NCBI GenBank assembly: GCA_044370415.1
Contig: JBILVO010000001.1
Span: 819-64,818 of the forward strand
Source of the DNA: Pirellulales bacterium
GTDB lineage: Bacteria > Planctomycetota > Planctomycetia > Pirellulales > UBA1268
Length of the DNA: 64,000 bases
Reading direction: 5' to 3'
The notes below the pieces were generated by a model. The model was given only the letters and a program-made list of their open reading frames with translations, was not told where the DNA came from and made no database searches. A program made the position numbers and the translations under genes. Shown in pieces: positions 29,092 to 41,094 of the stretch (the first letter of the stretch is position 1; every line of letters starts with the position of its first letter).

Positions 29092-32000
29092 ATGACCAGC
29101 CTCGAGCACAGACTTTTTCATCTCTTCGAACCGGCCGACATCGCGAAGGCCCGGGTTCTCGTCCCCAAGCGCGTGACCTGCCCGCGTGTCGGCCACGTGC
29201 ATGCCGTCGTCGTCGCGGATGACGGCACCGCGCACGACGTGCACCTCGAGCTCTCCGCCCGGCGGAAGGGCGGCATGATGCTCGAGACCCGCAGTTCGAG
29301 CGACGCTGGCCGGGCCGGGAGGCCCTGCGCGGCCCTGGCCGCAGCGATCCTCGAGATCGATCGCCGCAGGCTCTTCTCCAACCTGCACGACCACACGCCG
29401 CTGGCGCTGGAGATCCTGGCGGAGGAGGGTGCCGAGGACGAGGAATCGCAGGTGGAGACGGCCGAGCCGGTCGACGAGGATCCGGTCGACGACGCTCCTG
29501 CACGGCCCGCGGTGCCGGTGCCCGCTGCTGCGGCCCAGAGGCGGCCGGGCGGCCGGCTGCCGCCGTGGGCGGCCGAGCTCGATGAACGGCGTCGGCTCGT
29601 CGAGCCCGCCGTCAGCGACCGCAGGGTGGCCATCGGCGACGCCCGCCGATCGGCCGGAGCGCTCGTCTTCCTGCTCGATCTGGCCGCCAGCGCCGACGCG
29701 CGGGCGGTGGTGCTGGTGCCGGGACGCATGCAGCTCGACGTCGCCGGCAACGCGACCGGACGGCCGCGACCGCTCGTCATCGGTCCCGGCGAGGTGGAGA
29801 TCGACCAGCTCGACCCGCTGGAGCGGTCGATCCTCGCCCAGCTCGTCGGCGCGGCGACCGTGGGGGAGACGGGCCTGCCGGAGCCGCTGGAGCGCCGGAG
29901 CATCGCCCGGGTGGTCGTCAGTCCGCAGTCGTCGGCCACGCACCTTGCGCTGTTGTGCGAGCACGGCCGGCTCGTCCTGCAGCCCGAGCCGCGGCGGAAC
30001 CCCGAGCTCATCGTGCCGCTCGTGTGGGATGGCGGCCGCCCCTGGGAGTTCGCGCTGGTCGTCGAGCCGGACGATGCGGTCAGCACCCGCGGCGAGTCGC
30101 TCGCGGAACTGTCGGAAGCCACGCCGCCGCCGCGGCCGGCGCGGGCCACGCTGCGCGGCATGCTGGTCCGCGGCAGCGAGCGCAAGGACCTGCGCACGCC
30201 GCGGGCGATCCTGCGGTCGGGCCTGATCGTGTTCGAGGACCGTCTCGCCCGGCTGGCGGTGGCGGAGGCGGCGGCCACGAGCGGGGCGGTCGGCCGCGTC
30301 GCCGCGGCCGGCTGGCTCGACCAGTTCGAGCGCCGCGGCCCGATCGAGTTCGCCGGCGGGCAGATCGACGGCATGATCGACAGGATCGCCACGTTCGCCG
30401 ACCTGCCGCGGCTCGAGCTGCCGGGCTGGACGGGCTGGCGGATCGAATCCGGGGTGCCGCGGCCGAAGCTCGTCCTCGACGATTCGCCGACGGTCACGCT
30501 CGACGGCGACGAACCCGACGATCCCGACCTCGTCGCCGATCGCGGCGGGCGGCCGTCCCGCCGTCGCACGACGCCCCGCGTGCAGCTGGCAGGCCGCATC
30601 TGGTTCGACTACGCGGGCATCCTCGTCGCGGCCGACGAGCCGGCGGGGGGCGCCGCCGACCTCGAACGACGCATCCTCGTCCGCCGTGACCGCGGCGCGG
30701 AACGCGATGCGATCGCGATGCTCCCGCGCTACGGAGCAACGCCTCCCCGGCTCACGGACGACGACGACGCCGCCGGCCACCATGTGGAGATTCCGCGCGC
30801 GCGGCTCGACGCCTCCGTCTCGCAGCTGGCCGGCGCCGGCTGGACGGTCGAGGTCTCGGGCCGCCGCTATCGCCCGGCCGGCAGCGTGGCCTGGAACGTG
30901 ACCAGCGGCATCGACTGGTTCGAGCTGTCGGCCGCGATCGACTTCGGCGGCGTGACGGCGGAACTCCCGGCGCTCTTGGAGGCCCTGGCGAAGGGCAGCC
31001 GGTCCGTCGAGCTCTCCGACGGCTCGATGGGGATCCTGCCCGAGGAGCTGGCGACACAGATCGAGCCGATGGCGGCCCTGGCGCAGCGGCACGACGGCCG
31101 GCTGCGGTACGGACGCATCCAGATGGCGCTCCTCGACGCGCTGCTGGCGGGCCAGCCGCAGGCCCGTGTCGACGAGGCCTTCGAGCGGATCCGCGAGGAG
31201 TTGGCCCGCGGGGAGCGGCCGGAGGCGGAGGACGAACCGGAGGGGTTCCAGGGCACGCTGCGGCACTACCAGCGCGAGGGGCTCGGCTGGCTGTCGTTCC
31301 TCGAGAGGATGGGGCTCGGCGGCTGCCTCGCCGACGACATGGGCCTCGGCAAGACGATCCAGGTGCTGGCGATGTTCGCGCGGCGCAAGCAGATGCTGGG
31401 CGACGGCGGCGTGGCCCACAGGCCCTCGCTGGTCGTCGTGCCGAAAAGCCTGGTCTTCAACTGGATCGAGGAGGCCCGCCGTTTCGCCCCCATGCTGCGG
31501 GTGCTCAACTACACCGGCAACGCCCGGCTGGACGACGCCGCCGCGCTCGCCGACCACGACCTCGTGCTCACCACCTACGGCACGCTGCGGCGCGACATCG
31601 TCGCCCACCGCGAGTCGGAGTTCGATTACGTGGTGCTCGACGAGGCGCAGTCGATCAAGAACGCCGCCAGCCAGGCCGCGAAGGCCTGCCGCCTGCTGCG
31701 GGCCCGGCACCGCCTGGCGCTCACCGGCACACCGGTGGAGAATCACATCGGCGAGCTGTGGAGCATCTTCGAGTTCCTCAATCCCGGCCAGCTCGGCAGC
31801 GCCGCCAGGCTGAAGCGGTTTCTCACCGGCGGCCGCACCAGCGCCGAGGTCGTGGCCCGCGCCGTCCGGCCGTACCTGCTGCGCCGCACGAAGGCGCAGG
31901 TGCTCTCCGACCTGCCCGAGAAGACTGAGCAGACGCTCTTCTGCGAGCTTGGCGATGAGCAGCGGAAGGCCTACGACGAGCTGCGCGAGCACTACCGTCT

Positions 32001-32637
32001 CGAGCTCTCCGGCCGCATCGGCCGCATGGGGATCGGGCGGTCGCGGATCGCGGTGCTCGAGGCGCTCCTGCGGCTGCGGCAGACGGCCTGCCACCCCGGG
32101 CTCGTCGACCCCGCCAGGATCGACGATCCGGCGGCCAAGCTCGACACGCTCCTCGACCAGCTCGACGAGGTGCTCGACGAGGGGCACAAGGTGCTCGTGT
32201 TCAGCCAGTTCACCAGCTTCCTCGCGATCCTGCGCCGGCGGCTCGACGAGCGGTCGCTCACCTACGAGTACCTCGACGGCAAGACGACCGACCGGCAGTC
32301 GCGGGTGCAGCGGTTCCAGGAGGACGCCGACTGCCGCCTGTTCCTCGTGAGCCTCAAGGCGGGCGGCCAGGGTCTCAATCTCACCGCCGCCGACTACATT
32401 TACATCCTCGATCCCTGGTGGAACCCCGCCGTCGAGGCGCAGGCGGTCGACCGGGCGCACCGCATCGGCCAGACCCGCCGCGTGTTCGCCTACCGCCTCA
32501 TCGCCCGCGACACGGTGGAGGAGAAGATCGTCGCCCTGCAGGACCGCAAGCGGGAACTCGCCGAATCGATCGTGCGGGCCGACGAGGGCATGGTCGCCAG
32601 CCTCACCGCCGAGGACGTCGAACTGCTGCTTTCGTGA
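29092..32637 (+). CDS. SNF2-family DEAD/DEAH helicase with long N-terminal bacterial SNF2-associated region
   Basis: ATG 29092. Helicase motifs LADDMGLGKTIQ, DEAQSIKN, LTGTPVENH, VLVFSQF, GGQGLNLTAADYIYILDPWWNP and QAVDRAHRIGQ. Confidence 0.85.
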   Translation: MTSLEHRLFHLFEPADIAKARVLVPKRVTCPRVGHVHAVVVADDGTAHDVHLELSARRKGGMMLETRSSSDAGRAGRPCAALAAAILEIDRRRLFSNLHDHTPLALEILAEEGAEDEESQVETAEPVDEDPVDDAPARPAVPVPAAAAQRRPGGRLPPWAAELDERRRLVEPAVSDRRVAIGDARRSAGALVFLLDLAASADARAVVLVPGRMQLDVAGNATGRPRPLVIGPGEVEIDQLDPLERSILAQLVGAATVGETGLPEPLERRSIARVVVSPQSSATHLALLCEHGRLVLQPEPRRNPELIVPLVWDGGRPWEFALVVEPDDAVSTRGESLAELSEATPPPRPARATLRGMLVRGSERKDLRTPRAILRSGLIVFEDRLARLAVAEAAATSGAVGRVAAAGWLDQFERRGPIEFAGGQIDGMIDRIATFADLPRLELPGWTGWRIESGVPRPKLVLDDSPTVTLDGDEPDDPDLVADRGGRPSRRRTTPRVQLAGRIWFDYAGILVAADEPAGGAADLERRILVRRDRGAERDAIAMLPRYGATPPRLTDDDDAAGHHVEIPRARLDASVSQLAGAGWTVEVSGRRYRPAGSVAWNVTSGIDWFELSAAIDFGGVTAELPALLEALAKGSRSVELSDGSMGILPEELATQIEPMAALAQRHDGRLRYGRIQMALLDALLAGQPQARVDEAFERIREELARGERPEAEDEPEGFQGTLRHYQREGLGWLSFLERMGLGGCLADDMGLGKTIQVLAMFARRKQMLGDGGVAHRPSLVVVPKSLVFNWIEEARRFAPMLRVLNYTGNARLDDAAALADHDLVLTTYGTLRRDIVAHRESEFDYVVLDEAQSIKNAASQAAKACRLLRARHRLALTGTPVENHIGELWSIFEFLNPGQLGSAARLKRFLTGGRTSAEVVARAVRPYLLRRTKAQVLSDLPEKTEQTLFCELGDEQRKAYDELREHYRLELSGRIGRMGIGRSRIAVLEALLRLRQTACHPGLVDPARIDDPAAKLDTLLDQLDEVLDEGHKVLVFSQFTSFLAILRRRLDERSLTYEYLDGKTTDRQSRVQRFQEDADCRLFLVSLKAGGQGLNLTAADYIYILDPWWNPAVEAQAVDRAHRIGQTRRVFAYRLIARDTVEEKIVALQDRKRELAESIVRADEGMVASLTAEDVELLLS

Positions 32638-32734
32638 CGGCCCGCAGGCCGCCTGCTCCTCACGAAACCCTCATCGACGGCATGTATACCTGTCGACCGG
32701 TCGATCCCGCCGCCGCACGCTGAGCCCGCCGTTC

Positions 32735-33490
32735 ATGCACCCCGTGGCCCCCCCCGACCGCATGAAGCCCGCCTCGTCCAAGCCGAAGCCCGCCACACCG
32801 GCGGCCGCCCCGCAGATCCTCGTCGTCGACGACGAGCAGGATCTGCTCGAACTGCTTCGCTACAGCCTCACGAAGGAGGGCTACGCGGTGCAGGGCGTGG
32901 GCAGCGGTGAAGACGCCCTCAAGGCGACGCGGGCGCAGCCGCCCGACCTGATCGTGCTCGACTGGATGCTGCCCGCGGTCGACGGCCTCGAGGTCTGCCG
33001 CCGGCTCAAGAACGACCCGAAGACCCGCGACATCCCGGTCATCATGCTCACCGCGAAGGGGGAGGAGGCCGACATGATCGCCGGCCTCGAGCGGGGCGCC
33101 GACGACTACATCGCCAAGCCCTTCAGCCCGCGGGTGCTGGCGGCGCGGGTCAAGGCGCTCCTGCGTCGCAAGGAGACGGCCGCGCAGGCGGAGGCCGAGA
33201 CCACGATCGACGTGCACGAGCTGTCGATCCACCCCGGCCGGCACGAGGTGACCCTGGCCGGCACCCGGGTGGACCTGACGTACACGGAGTTCGCGCTGCT
33301 GCAATTCCTGGCCCGTCGGCCGGGCTGGGCGTTCACGCGGTCCCAGATCGTCGACGCCGTCAAGGGCGAGGACTATCCTGTGACGGAGCGGTCGGTCGAC
33401 GTCCAGGTTGCCGGCTTGCGCAAAAAGCTCGGGTCGTTCGGGTCCTACATCGAGACCGTCCGCGGCGTGGGATACCGATTCCGGGCGTGA
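32735..33490 (+). CDS. OmpR/PhoB-family response regulator (PhoB-like)
   Basis: Receiver ILVVDDEQD..DLIVLDWMLP..TRDIPVIMLTAKGEE..GADDYIAKPFSP. Winged-helix C-terminus ..LTYTEFALLQFL..VRGVGYRF. Confidence 0.9.
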   Translation: MHPVAPPDRMKPASSKPKPATPAAAPQILVVDDEQDLLELLRYSLTKEGYAVQGVGSGEDALKATRAQPPDLIVLDWMLPAVDGLEVCRRLKNDPKTRDIPVIMLTAKGEEADMIAGLERGADDYIAKPFSPRVLAARVKALLRRKETAAQAEAETTIDVHELSIHPGRHEVTLAGTRVDLTYTEFALLQFLARRPGWAFTRSQIVDAVKGEDYPVTERSVDVQVAGLRKKLGSFGSYIETVRGVGYRFRA

Positions 33491-33517
33491 AGCACCGTCC
33501 CGGCGCGAGCCCATCCG

Positions 33518-35305
<1,788 letters not shown>

Positions 35306-35317
35306 CCGCCGGCCGCA

Positions 35318-36028
35318 TCAGCCGACGCCGTCCGCGGCCAGGCAGGTGCCGCTGGCCGACTCGTCTTCCAGGAGCGACAGGATGGCCCGGACCGCGCGGT
35401 CGTGCCCCGTCCCCGCGGGGAATTCCCCGGCAACCACGCAGTTGACCCGCACCCGCGGATGCCGCGCCGCGCATTCGACCGCCAGGCACCGCGCCATGTG
35501 CGGGATCGCACCCTGGCTGAGTGCCGCCGCCAGCCGCTCCGCCGGCGCCGCCTCCCGCAGCGCCGCCCCCACGAGCACGATGCCGCCACCCGAGGCCTGA
35601 CCGGCCATCAGTGCGGCCGCCTCCTGCGCGGCCACGAACGCGCCGACGCAGTTCACGTCGAAGTGCATCCGCAGGTCGTCGGCGGTCGCATCCTCGAGCC
35701 GGCAGGGGCGGGCGACCGCGGCACAGGTGACCAGGGCGTCGAGCCTGCCGAAATGATCAGCCACGCGGTGCACGACCGTCCGCACCGGCCCGTCCTCGCG
35801 GAGATCCGCCGTGAGGGCGAGGCTCGGCACGCCGGCGCCGGCGAGCTCCTCCGCGAGCTCTCGGGCCTGATGGAGCGCGGCATGGGCATGGATCGCCACG
35901 GCGTGGCCCGTCGCCGCCAGCGCCCGCACCACCGCCGCCCCCAGGCCGCTCTCGCCCCCCGTGACGAGCGCCACCCTGCCCGTCGGCGCCACGCTTCCGG
36001 AGGAGTCCGGCACGGCTCTGCTCTCCAC
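35318..36028 (-). CDS. Short-chain dehydrogenase/reductase (SDR) family protein
   Basis: Rossmann motif VALVTGGESGLGAAVVRAL. Start uncertain. I chose GTG 36028 because the track start 36187 overlaps the upstream gene. Confidence 0.65.
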   Translation of the reverse strand: MESRAVPDSSGSVAPTGRVALVTGGESGLGAAVVRALAATGHAVAIHAHAALHQARELAEELAGAGVPSLALTADLREDGPVRTVVHRVADHFGRLDALVTCAAVARPCRLEDATADDLRMHFDVNCVGAFVAAQEAAALMAGQASGGGIVLVGAALREAAPAERLAAALSQGAIPHMARCLAVECAARHPRVRVNCVVAGEFPAGTGHDRAVRAILSLLEDESASGTCLAADGVG

Positions 36029-36089
36029 GCTCTGCTCTCCAGGAATCGTGCGAGTCGCAGCGGGTCCGCTGCTCGGGGCCCGCGGCCCG

Positions 36090-37079
36090 TCAGGCCGGTG
36101 CAGCCGGGTGGGCCGCGTGGAAGTCGAGGATCTGCTGCCAGGTCTCCTCGGGCGTCTCCGCGTACGTGAAGAGATCGAGGTGCGCATCCTGGATCACGCC
36201 GCTGTCGGCGAGGAACTGGAAGTCGATCACCTTCGACCAGTAGTCACGGCCGAAGAGGATGATCGGCACCGGCTGCATCCGGTGCGTCTGGCGCAGCGTC
36301 AGCGTCTCGAACATCTCGTCGAGCGTGCCGAAGCCGCCGGGAAAGAGCACGACGGCCGCAGCCCGCAGGATGAAGTGAAACTTCCGCATCGCGAAGTACT
36401 TGAACTGGAAGCAGAGCTCCGGCGTGATGAACGGGTTGGGCTGCTGCTCGGCCGGCAGCTTGATGTTCAGGCCGATCGACTTGCAGCCGACGTCGAACGC
36501 ACCGCGGTTGGCCGCCTCCATGATGCCGGGGCCGCCGCCGGTGATGACCACGTAGTCCCGCTTGTCGTCGCACTGGTTGTCGATCGACACCAGGCGGGCG
36601 AACTCGCGGGCCGCGTCGTAGTAGCGGGAATAGGAGAGCAGTCGTTCGGACCGCTGCAGTTCGCGGGTGAGTTTCGCATCGGGCGGCTGTGGCCCGCGGG
36701 CGATCGCCCGCCGTGCCTCGGAGAGCCGCCGTTCGGCCGCGGTCCGATCGACGATCTGCGTGCCGCCGAAGACGATGACCGTGGAGGTGATGCTGTCAGC
36801 TTGGAAGGCGAGTTCGGGCTTGCCCAGCTCGAGCAGCATCCGCACGCCGCGCATCTCGGGCCGCTCCAGGAGCGAACGATCCTCCTGCGCCAGGCAGTAG
36901 CTCGGCGAATTGAGAATCTGCTCCATGTTTTCGGCCACGAGCGCCACGTCGTCGCCGAGCGTCGTGTCAGGGAGGATGCTGCAGGCCTTGGGCCGCGGCT
37001 CCGCCTGCGGCGCCGGCACGGCGGCCGGCTTTGCGGCGGCGGAACGATCTTTCTGTTTTCGTGCCATCTTCACCTCCAC
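36090..37079 (-). CDS. LOG/TIGR00730-family Rossmann protein (nucleotide 5'-monophosphate nucleosidase-like, long form)
   Basis: VVITGGGPGIMEAANRGA and the LOG signature PGGFGTLDE. Confidence 0.8.
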   Translation of the reverse strand: MEVKMARKQKDRSAAAKPAAVPAPQAEPRPKACSILPDTTLGDDVALVAENMEQILNSPSYCLAQEDRSLLERPEMRGVRMLLELGKPELAFQADSITSTVIVFGGTQIVDRTAAERRLSEARRAIARGPQPPDAKLTRELQRSERLLSYSRYYDAAREFARLVSIDNQCDDKRDYVVITGGGPGIMEAANRGAFDVGCKSIGLNIKLPAEQQPNPFITPELCFQFKYFAMRKFHFILRAAAVVLFPGGFGTLDEMFETLTLRQTHRMQPVPIILFGRDYWSKVIDFQFLADSGVIQDAHLDLFTYAETPEETWQQILDFHAAHPAAPA

Positions 37080-37114
37080 TGCGCCGGCCGCGCCGCCCGC
37101 CCACGTCCGCCTGA

Positions 37115-38557
37115 TCAGGAATCGAGCCGGGCGGTGACGCCGATGGCGGCCACCTCGACGTCCCAGCCGCGTGTCTCCTTCAGGAAGTCTTGCATGCCGC
37201 GGGCGGCCGGGGGCTCGCCGTGCACCAAAAACGTCTTTTTCGGGGCGGGCATGCCCGCCAGCCAGCGGCCGATCTCGTGCCGATCGGCGTGGCCCGAGAG
37301 CGCGTCAACCCGCCGCACCGCCGCCCTCACGGGCACGTCGCGGCCGTGGATCCGCAGGTATTTGGCCCCGTCGATCAGGCTGCGGCCCCGCGTGCCGATC
37401 GCCTGGAAGCCGGCCACGAGCACCGTCGTTTTCGGGTCCGGGAGCCGCTGGGCGAGGTGGTGGAGGATCCGGCCGCCGTTCATCATGCCGCTGGAGGCGA
37501 TCACGATGCCCGGCCCCTTGTGCGCGTTGATCGCCTTCGATTCCTCGGCCGTCTTCGCCATCCGCACGAAGGGCGACGCCAGCGCCTCGGCCACGCCGGC
37601 CATCTTCGCCTCCGCGAAGTCGTGCTCTTCGGCGTGCCGGCGAAACACGTTCGTCGCCTCGACCGCCATCGGCGAATCGATCCAGACGGGCACCTCGGGA
37701 AGGCGGCCCGAGGCCATCAGCGTGCGCAGCAGGTAGACCAGCTGCTGGCAGCGGCCGACCGCGAACGAGGCGACCAGCATCATGCCGCCGCGGGCGAGCG
37801 ACTCCTTCACCGCCGCCTCGAGGTCGTCCAGCGGCTGGCTCGGCGGATGGTCCCGATCGCCGTAGGTGCTCTCGCAGACCAGATAGTCGCAGGCGGGCGG
37901 CGGCACGGGATCGTGGTAGAGCGGGGCGTCGAACCGGCCGATGTCGCCCGAAAACACGATCCGGCGAGGGCCGGCGACAGTGGCCAGCTCCATCTCCACG
38001 AACGAGCTGCCGAGCATGTGGCCGGCGTCGTGGAACCGGCACCGGACGCTCCCGGCCGGCTCGAACCAGCCGCCCCTGGCCACGGGCTTCACCAGCCGCA
38101 GGGTGCGATCCACGTCCCGCTCGTCATAGAGCGGCAGCGCCGGCTGGTGCTTCGAGTAGCCCTTGCGATTGGCGTAGGCGGCATCCTCATCCTGGCACTT
38201 CGCCGAATCGTAGAGGAGCAGCCCGAGCAGGTCCGCCGTGGGCGGCGAGGTGAGGATCGGGCCCTTGAAGCCCTCCCGCACCAGTCGCGGCAGCCAGCCC
38301 GAGTGGTCGATGTGGCCATGGGTGAGCACCACCGCGTCGATCGATCCGGCGGCGACGGGAAAGCGGTCCCAGTTCCGTTCCCGCAGCTGCTTCTCCCCCT
38401 GGAAGAGCCCGCAGTCGACGAGCACGCGGGAGCCGCCGGCCTCCACGAGATGCCGCGACCCCGAGACCATTCCCGCGGCCCCGAGGAACGTGAGCTGTGC
38501 CACCGACGCCGCGGGTGACGTTCGCTGTGCTGGCTGCTTGTCCATGCGGCTCTCCAC
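37115..38557 (-). CDS. MBL-fold beta-CASP family metallo-hydrolase (RNA-metabolising type)
   Basis: VLTHGHIDHSGWLP (HxHxDH) and a beta-CASP-like middle region. C-terminal ..ALSGHADRHEI.. fits the RNA-specificity motif. Confidence 0.8.
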   Translation of the reverse strand: MESRMDKQPAQRTSPAASVAQLTFLGAAGMVSGSRHLVEAGGSRVLVDCGLFQGEKQLRERNWDRFPVAAGSIDAVVLTHGHIDHSGWLPRLVREGFKGPILTSPPTADLLGLLLYDSAKCQDEDAAYANRKGYSKHQPALPLYDERDVDRTLRLVKPVARGGWFEPAGSVRCRFHDAGHMLGSSFVEMELATVAGPRRIVFSGDIGRFDAPLYHDPVPPPACDYLVCESTYGDRDHPPSQPLDDLEAAVKESLARGGMMLVASFAVGRCQQLVYLLRTLMASGRLPEVPVWIDSPMAVEATNVFRRHAEEHDFAEAKMAGVAEALASPFVRMAKTAEESKAINAHKGPGIVIASSGMMNGGRILHHLAQRLPDPKTTVLVAGFQAIGTRGRSLIDGAKYLRIHGRDVPVRAAVRRVDALSGHADRHEIGRWLAGMPAPKKTFLVHGEPPAARGMQDFLKETRGWDVEVAAIGVTARLDS

Positions 38558-38695
38558 CAGGAGGGTTGGGGCGGGAAACGAGTGCGAGCGGTCCCGAACG
38601 AATGTCCCGACAGTGGTACCGGCTGACGGGACATCGGTCGATCAGGCCCCCGGGCGGCCGCGGAATTCCGGCCTCGGCGACACGCGCAGGCCGCC

Positions 38696-39442
38696 TCAGG
38701 GGGCGGGCGAGCCACTGCCGGGGCCGACCGGGGCCCGCACCGCCGAGGCGGTGCTGCCGGCCACGATCAACTCGCCGTCGACGAGCGCCAGCGTCTCGAT
38801 GCTGGGCCGGGCCTCGGCGGCACCCCGCGGCGCGGGCAGGTGCGCCACCAGCACCAGGCGGCCATCCAGCCGGCGCAGGTCGGTCGCGATGCCGAGCCTC
38901 CCGAGCCGGCCGGCCATCGCGCGCACGATCGCGTCGCGGGGCAGGGGAATCGCGCCGAGGCTGGCCCGCTCGACCACGATGCCGATCTGGCCGACGTCCC
39001 GCAGCACGATCTCGAGGTCGAGCGCCGCGACCGCCGACACGGGGCCGTAGCCGACCCGGGCGGCAACCTCGGCGTGCCTCCGTTGAAAGCCGACCCGCGG
39101 CGCCGTCACGCCACGGGGCAGCCAGGTGGGGTGGCTGCGCGGCAGGTCGATCGCCAGCCAGGCATTGAGCTCCTCGGCACCGATCGCCGCCTCCCAGCGG
39201 CCGGCCTCGCCGTCGCGGCGGGCCGGCGGCCGCGACAGGGCTGCATGCAGTGCCGAAACCTTCGTGACCAGCCGGCGCGCCCGGGCCTCGCCCTCGGGCC
39301 CGCCGGTTCCTGCCGCGATGGCCCGCCGATAGAACGGCGGCTGTCCGGCCAGCAGGATTGCCACCACCGCCACGACCAGGACGACGGCTACGGCCACGCC
39401 GATCACCACGCGCCGCAGCCGCCGCCAAGCCGATGTCTTCAC
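38696..39442 (-). CDS. Hypothetical N-terminally membrane-anchored protein
   Basis: MKTSAWRRLRRVVIGVAVAVVLVVAVVAILLAG anchor. Begins 25 nt downstream of the csrA stop on the same strand. Confidence 0.6.
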   Translation of the reverse strand: MKTSAWRRLRRVVIGVAVAVVLVVAVVAILLAGQPPFYRRAIAAGTGGPEGEARARRLVTKVSALHAALSRPPARRDGEAGRWEAAIGAEELNAWLAIDLPRSHPTWLPRGVTAPRVGFQRRHAEVAARVGYGPVSAVAALDLEIVLRDVGQIGIVVERASLGAIPLPRDAIVRAMAGRLGRLGIATDLRRLDGRLVLVAHLPAPRGAAEARPSIETLALVDGELIVAGSTASAVRAPVGPGSGSPAP

Positions 39443-39467
39443 GACACTTCAGCCGGCCCGCGGCCGG

Positions 39468-39689
39468 TCAGCCCGTCAGGCCCAGCAGTCGCGGGATCGG
39501 CAGCTCGTCCGCGACGTCGAGCGTGACCTCTCCCAGCGTTTCCGGCTCCAGTTCATCCCGCAGCACTCGCACGTTCGGCGGTGCCTCGATCCCGATCCGC
39601 ACCTTGTCACCGCTCACCCGGACGATCGTGACGACCACCGAATCACCGACCCGAATCCGTTCGTTCTGCTTCCGTGACAAGACCAGCAT
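39468..39689 (-). CDS. csrA: Carbon storage regulator CsrA (73 aa)
   Basis: ATG 39689 preceded by GGAGGT. MLVLSRKQNERIRVGDSVVVTIVRVSGDKVRIGIEAPPNVRVLRDEL is a canonical CsrA sequence. Confidence 0.9.
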   Translation of the reverse strand: MLVLSRKQNERIRVGDSVVVTIVRVSGDKVRIGIEAPPNVRVLRDELEPETLGEVTLDVADELPIPRLLGLTG

Positions 39690-39721
39690 GAGTACCTCCG
39701 TGCGCTCGTGATGTGGAGATG

Positions 39722-39751
39722 AATATAGCGGCACTGCTATACAAATGTCAA
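39722..39751 (-). promoter_or_regulatory. Sigma-70-like promoter candidate for csrA (TTGACA - 18 nt - TATATT)
   Basis: Minus strand reads TTGACAtttgtatagcagtgccgcTATATT, about 30 nt upstream of the csrA SD, in a locally A/T-rich patch. Confidence 0.45.
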
Positions 39752-40001
39752 TCTGCCATCGCCGGCGGAATTGACCGGCCATAGTCCGGTCGACGCGCCG
39801 CACCCGACCGGTCGCCCCGGCCGCTTGGGCAAGCTGTGCCACGCAGGAAACATCGTCCGATGGCGGCGACTTTCTTGGGGGCTTCCCCACGGCGCACCGG
39901 CTGCGCGCATTGTGCGGCCTGCGTGAGGCGCGTGCTGATCGACCACAGTCCGTCGGCGGCAGCGGCCCGGGACGACACCGCCGGCAGCGCGCAGCGGGCG
40001 G

Positions 40002-40865
40002 TCAGTCGTCCGCCTGCGGAGCCGCGACAAACTCGGCGAGATCGACCGCCGTGGCGGCCGCCACCCGGCTCTCCGCCTCCTCGATCCGCGAGAGGTCGGA
40101 GGAGAGCAGCCGCGGGTGGAAACGATGCGTGCACCGCAGCCGCGCCGCCCGGCCCGTGAATGCCGCCATGCCGGGGTCGATCTCGAGAGCGACGCTCGTG
40201 GGGATGCCGCCGGCGGCGGCCACACGGCGGTTGATCGCCATGCGGGGGAAGGGCGGCAGGCCGCCGGGCCTCATGAGCCCCTTGAGCAGGATGGCCGTGT
40301 CGGCGAACTGCCGGTACGAGTCGGCCTCGTCGGCGGAGGGTGTGATCGCATACTCCACTGCGTAGCGGACCCGCGGACCGGCCAGCTCCACCATGTCGGC
40401 GGTCTCCTTCATGCCGTCAGCGAAGTCGGGCCCGCCGGCCCAGCGGACGAGCCGGTCGTCGGACCGACGGGCCCATGCCGCCAGCGACGCGCTGAGACGC
40501 TCCAGCCGGATCGCGTCGACCTGGGTCTTCATGTTGCGGACCGGATCGACGACTACCACGCGCTCCCGCGCCGGATCGTGGAGCACGATTTCCGTCACCG
40601 CGGCGACTGCCTGTGGCCGATCACTCACGGCGGACGGCACCGTCTCGATGAAGTCCCAGGCGATCCGCCCGCGGAACAGCGTGAGCGTCCGCGCGACCGG
40701 CTCCTGGGCACCGTTGGCGTAGACCTCGCTCTCCACGCGAAAGCCCTCGGCGACTGCGTCGGCAGCCGGCGCGGAAACGCACCAGCCGCACGCCAGCGCG
40801 ATCACGATCCAGACGAGCCCGCCACTCGCAGGCCCACTGCCGGTATGCCCGCCACTCGTATGCAT
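40002..40865 (-). CDS. Secreted hypothetical protein
   Basis: Signal-like GGLVWIVIALACGWCVSAPAADA. Coding-type G/C third positions. No motif recognised. Confidence 0.6.
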   Translation of the reverse strand: MHTSGGHTGSGPASGGLVWIVIALACGWCVSAPAADAVAEGFRVESEVYANGAQEPVARTLTLFRGRIAWDFIETVPSAVSDRPQAVAAVTEIVLHDPARERVVVVDPVRNMKTQVDAIRLERLSASLAAWARRSDDRLVRWAGGPDFADGMKETADMVELAGPRVRYAVEYAITPSADEADSYRQFADTAILLKGLMRPGGLPPFPRMAINRRVAAAGGIPTSVALEIDPGMAAFTGRAARLRCTHRFHPRLLSSDLSRIEEAESRVAAATAVDLAEFVAAPQADD

Positions 40866-41094
40866 GGTCGACCTGCTGGGTGAGGTGCCGTGCCGCGGTC
40901 AGCCCGCGTGCCCGGGAGGCGGACGGTAGCAGGAGCCCCGCGGCGGACCAAGTGCGGCCGAAGGCGGGGGCCGCCGGCCGCGATCTGGATCACGCGATGG
41001 CGACCACCGGGCCGCCGCGGCCTGCGCAGCCCCCCCGTTTTTGCCCGCGGCCGATGCAGGGGGATCGGTCACCTGGCGGCTGTCTGGGCGGCCA

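Noticed and set aside
29092-29300. A SWIM zinc finger at the N-terminus of the SNF2 protein, as is often seen in bacterial SNF2 proteins
   Set aside because: I could not find a CxCxnCxH pattern. Only ..VTCPRVGHVH.. is present, so I do not claim the domain.
28810-32460. 1216-aa minus-strand ORF opposite the SNF2 helicase
   Set aside because: The plus-strand frame carries all the SNF2 helicase motifs. The minus-strand translation is a low-complexity Arg/Gly/Pro/Ala artefact.
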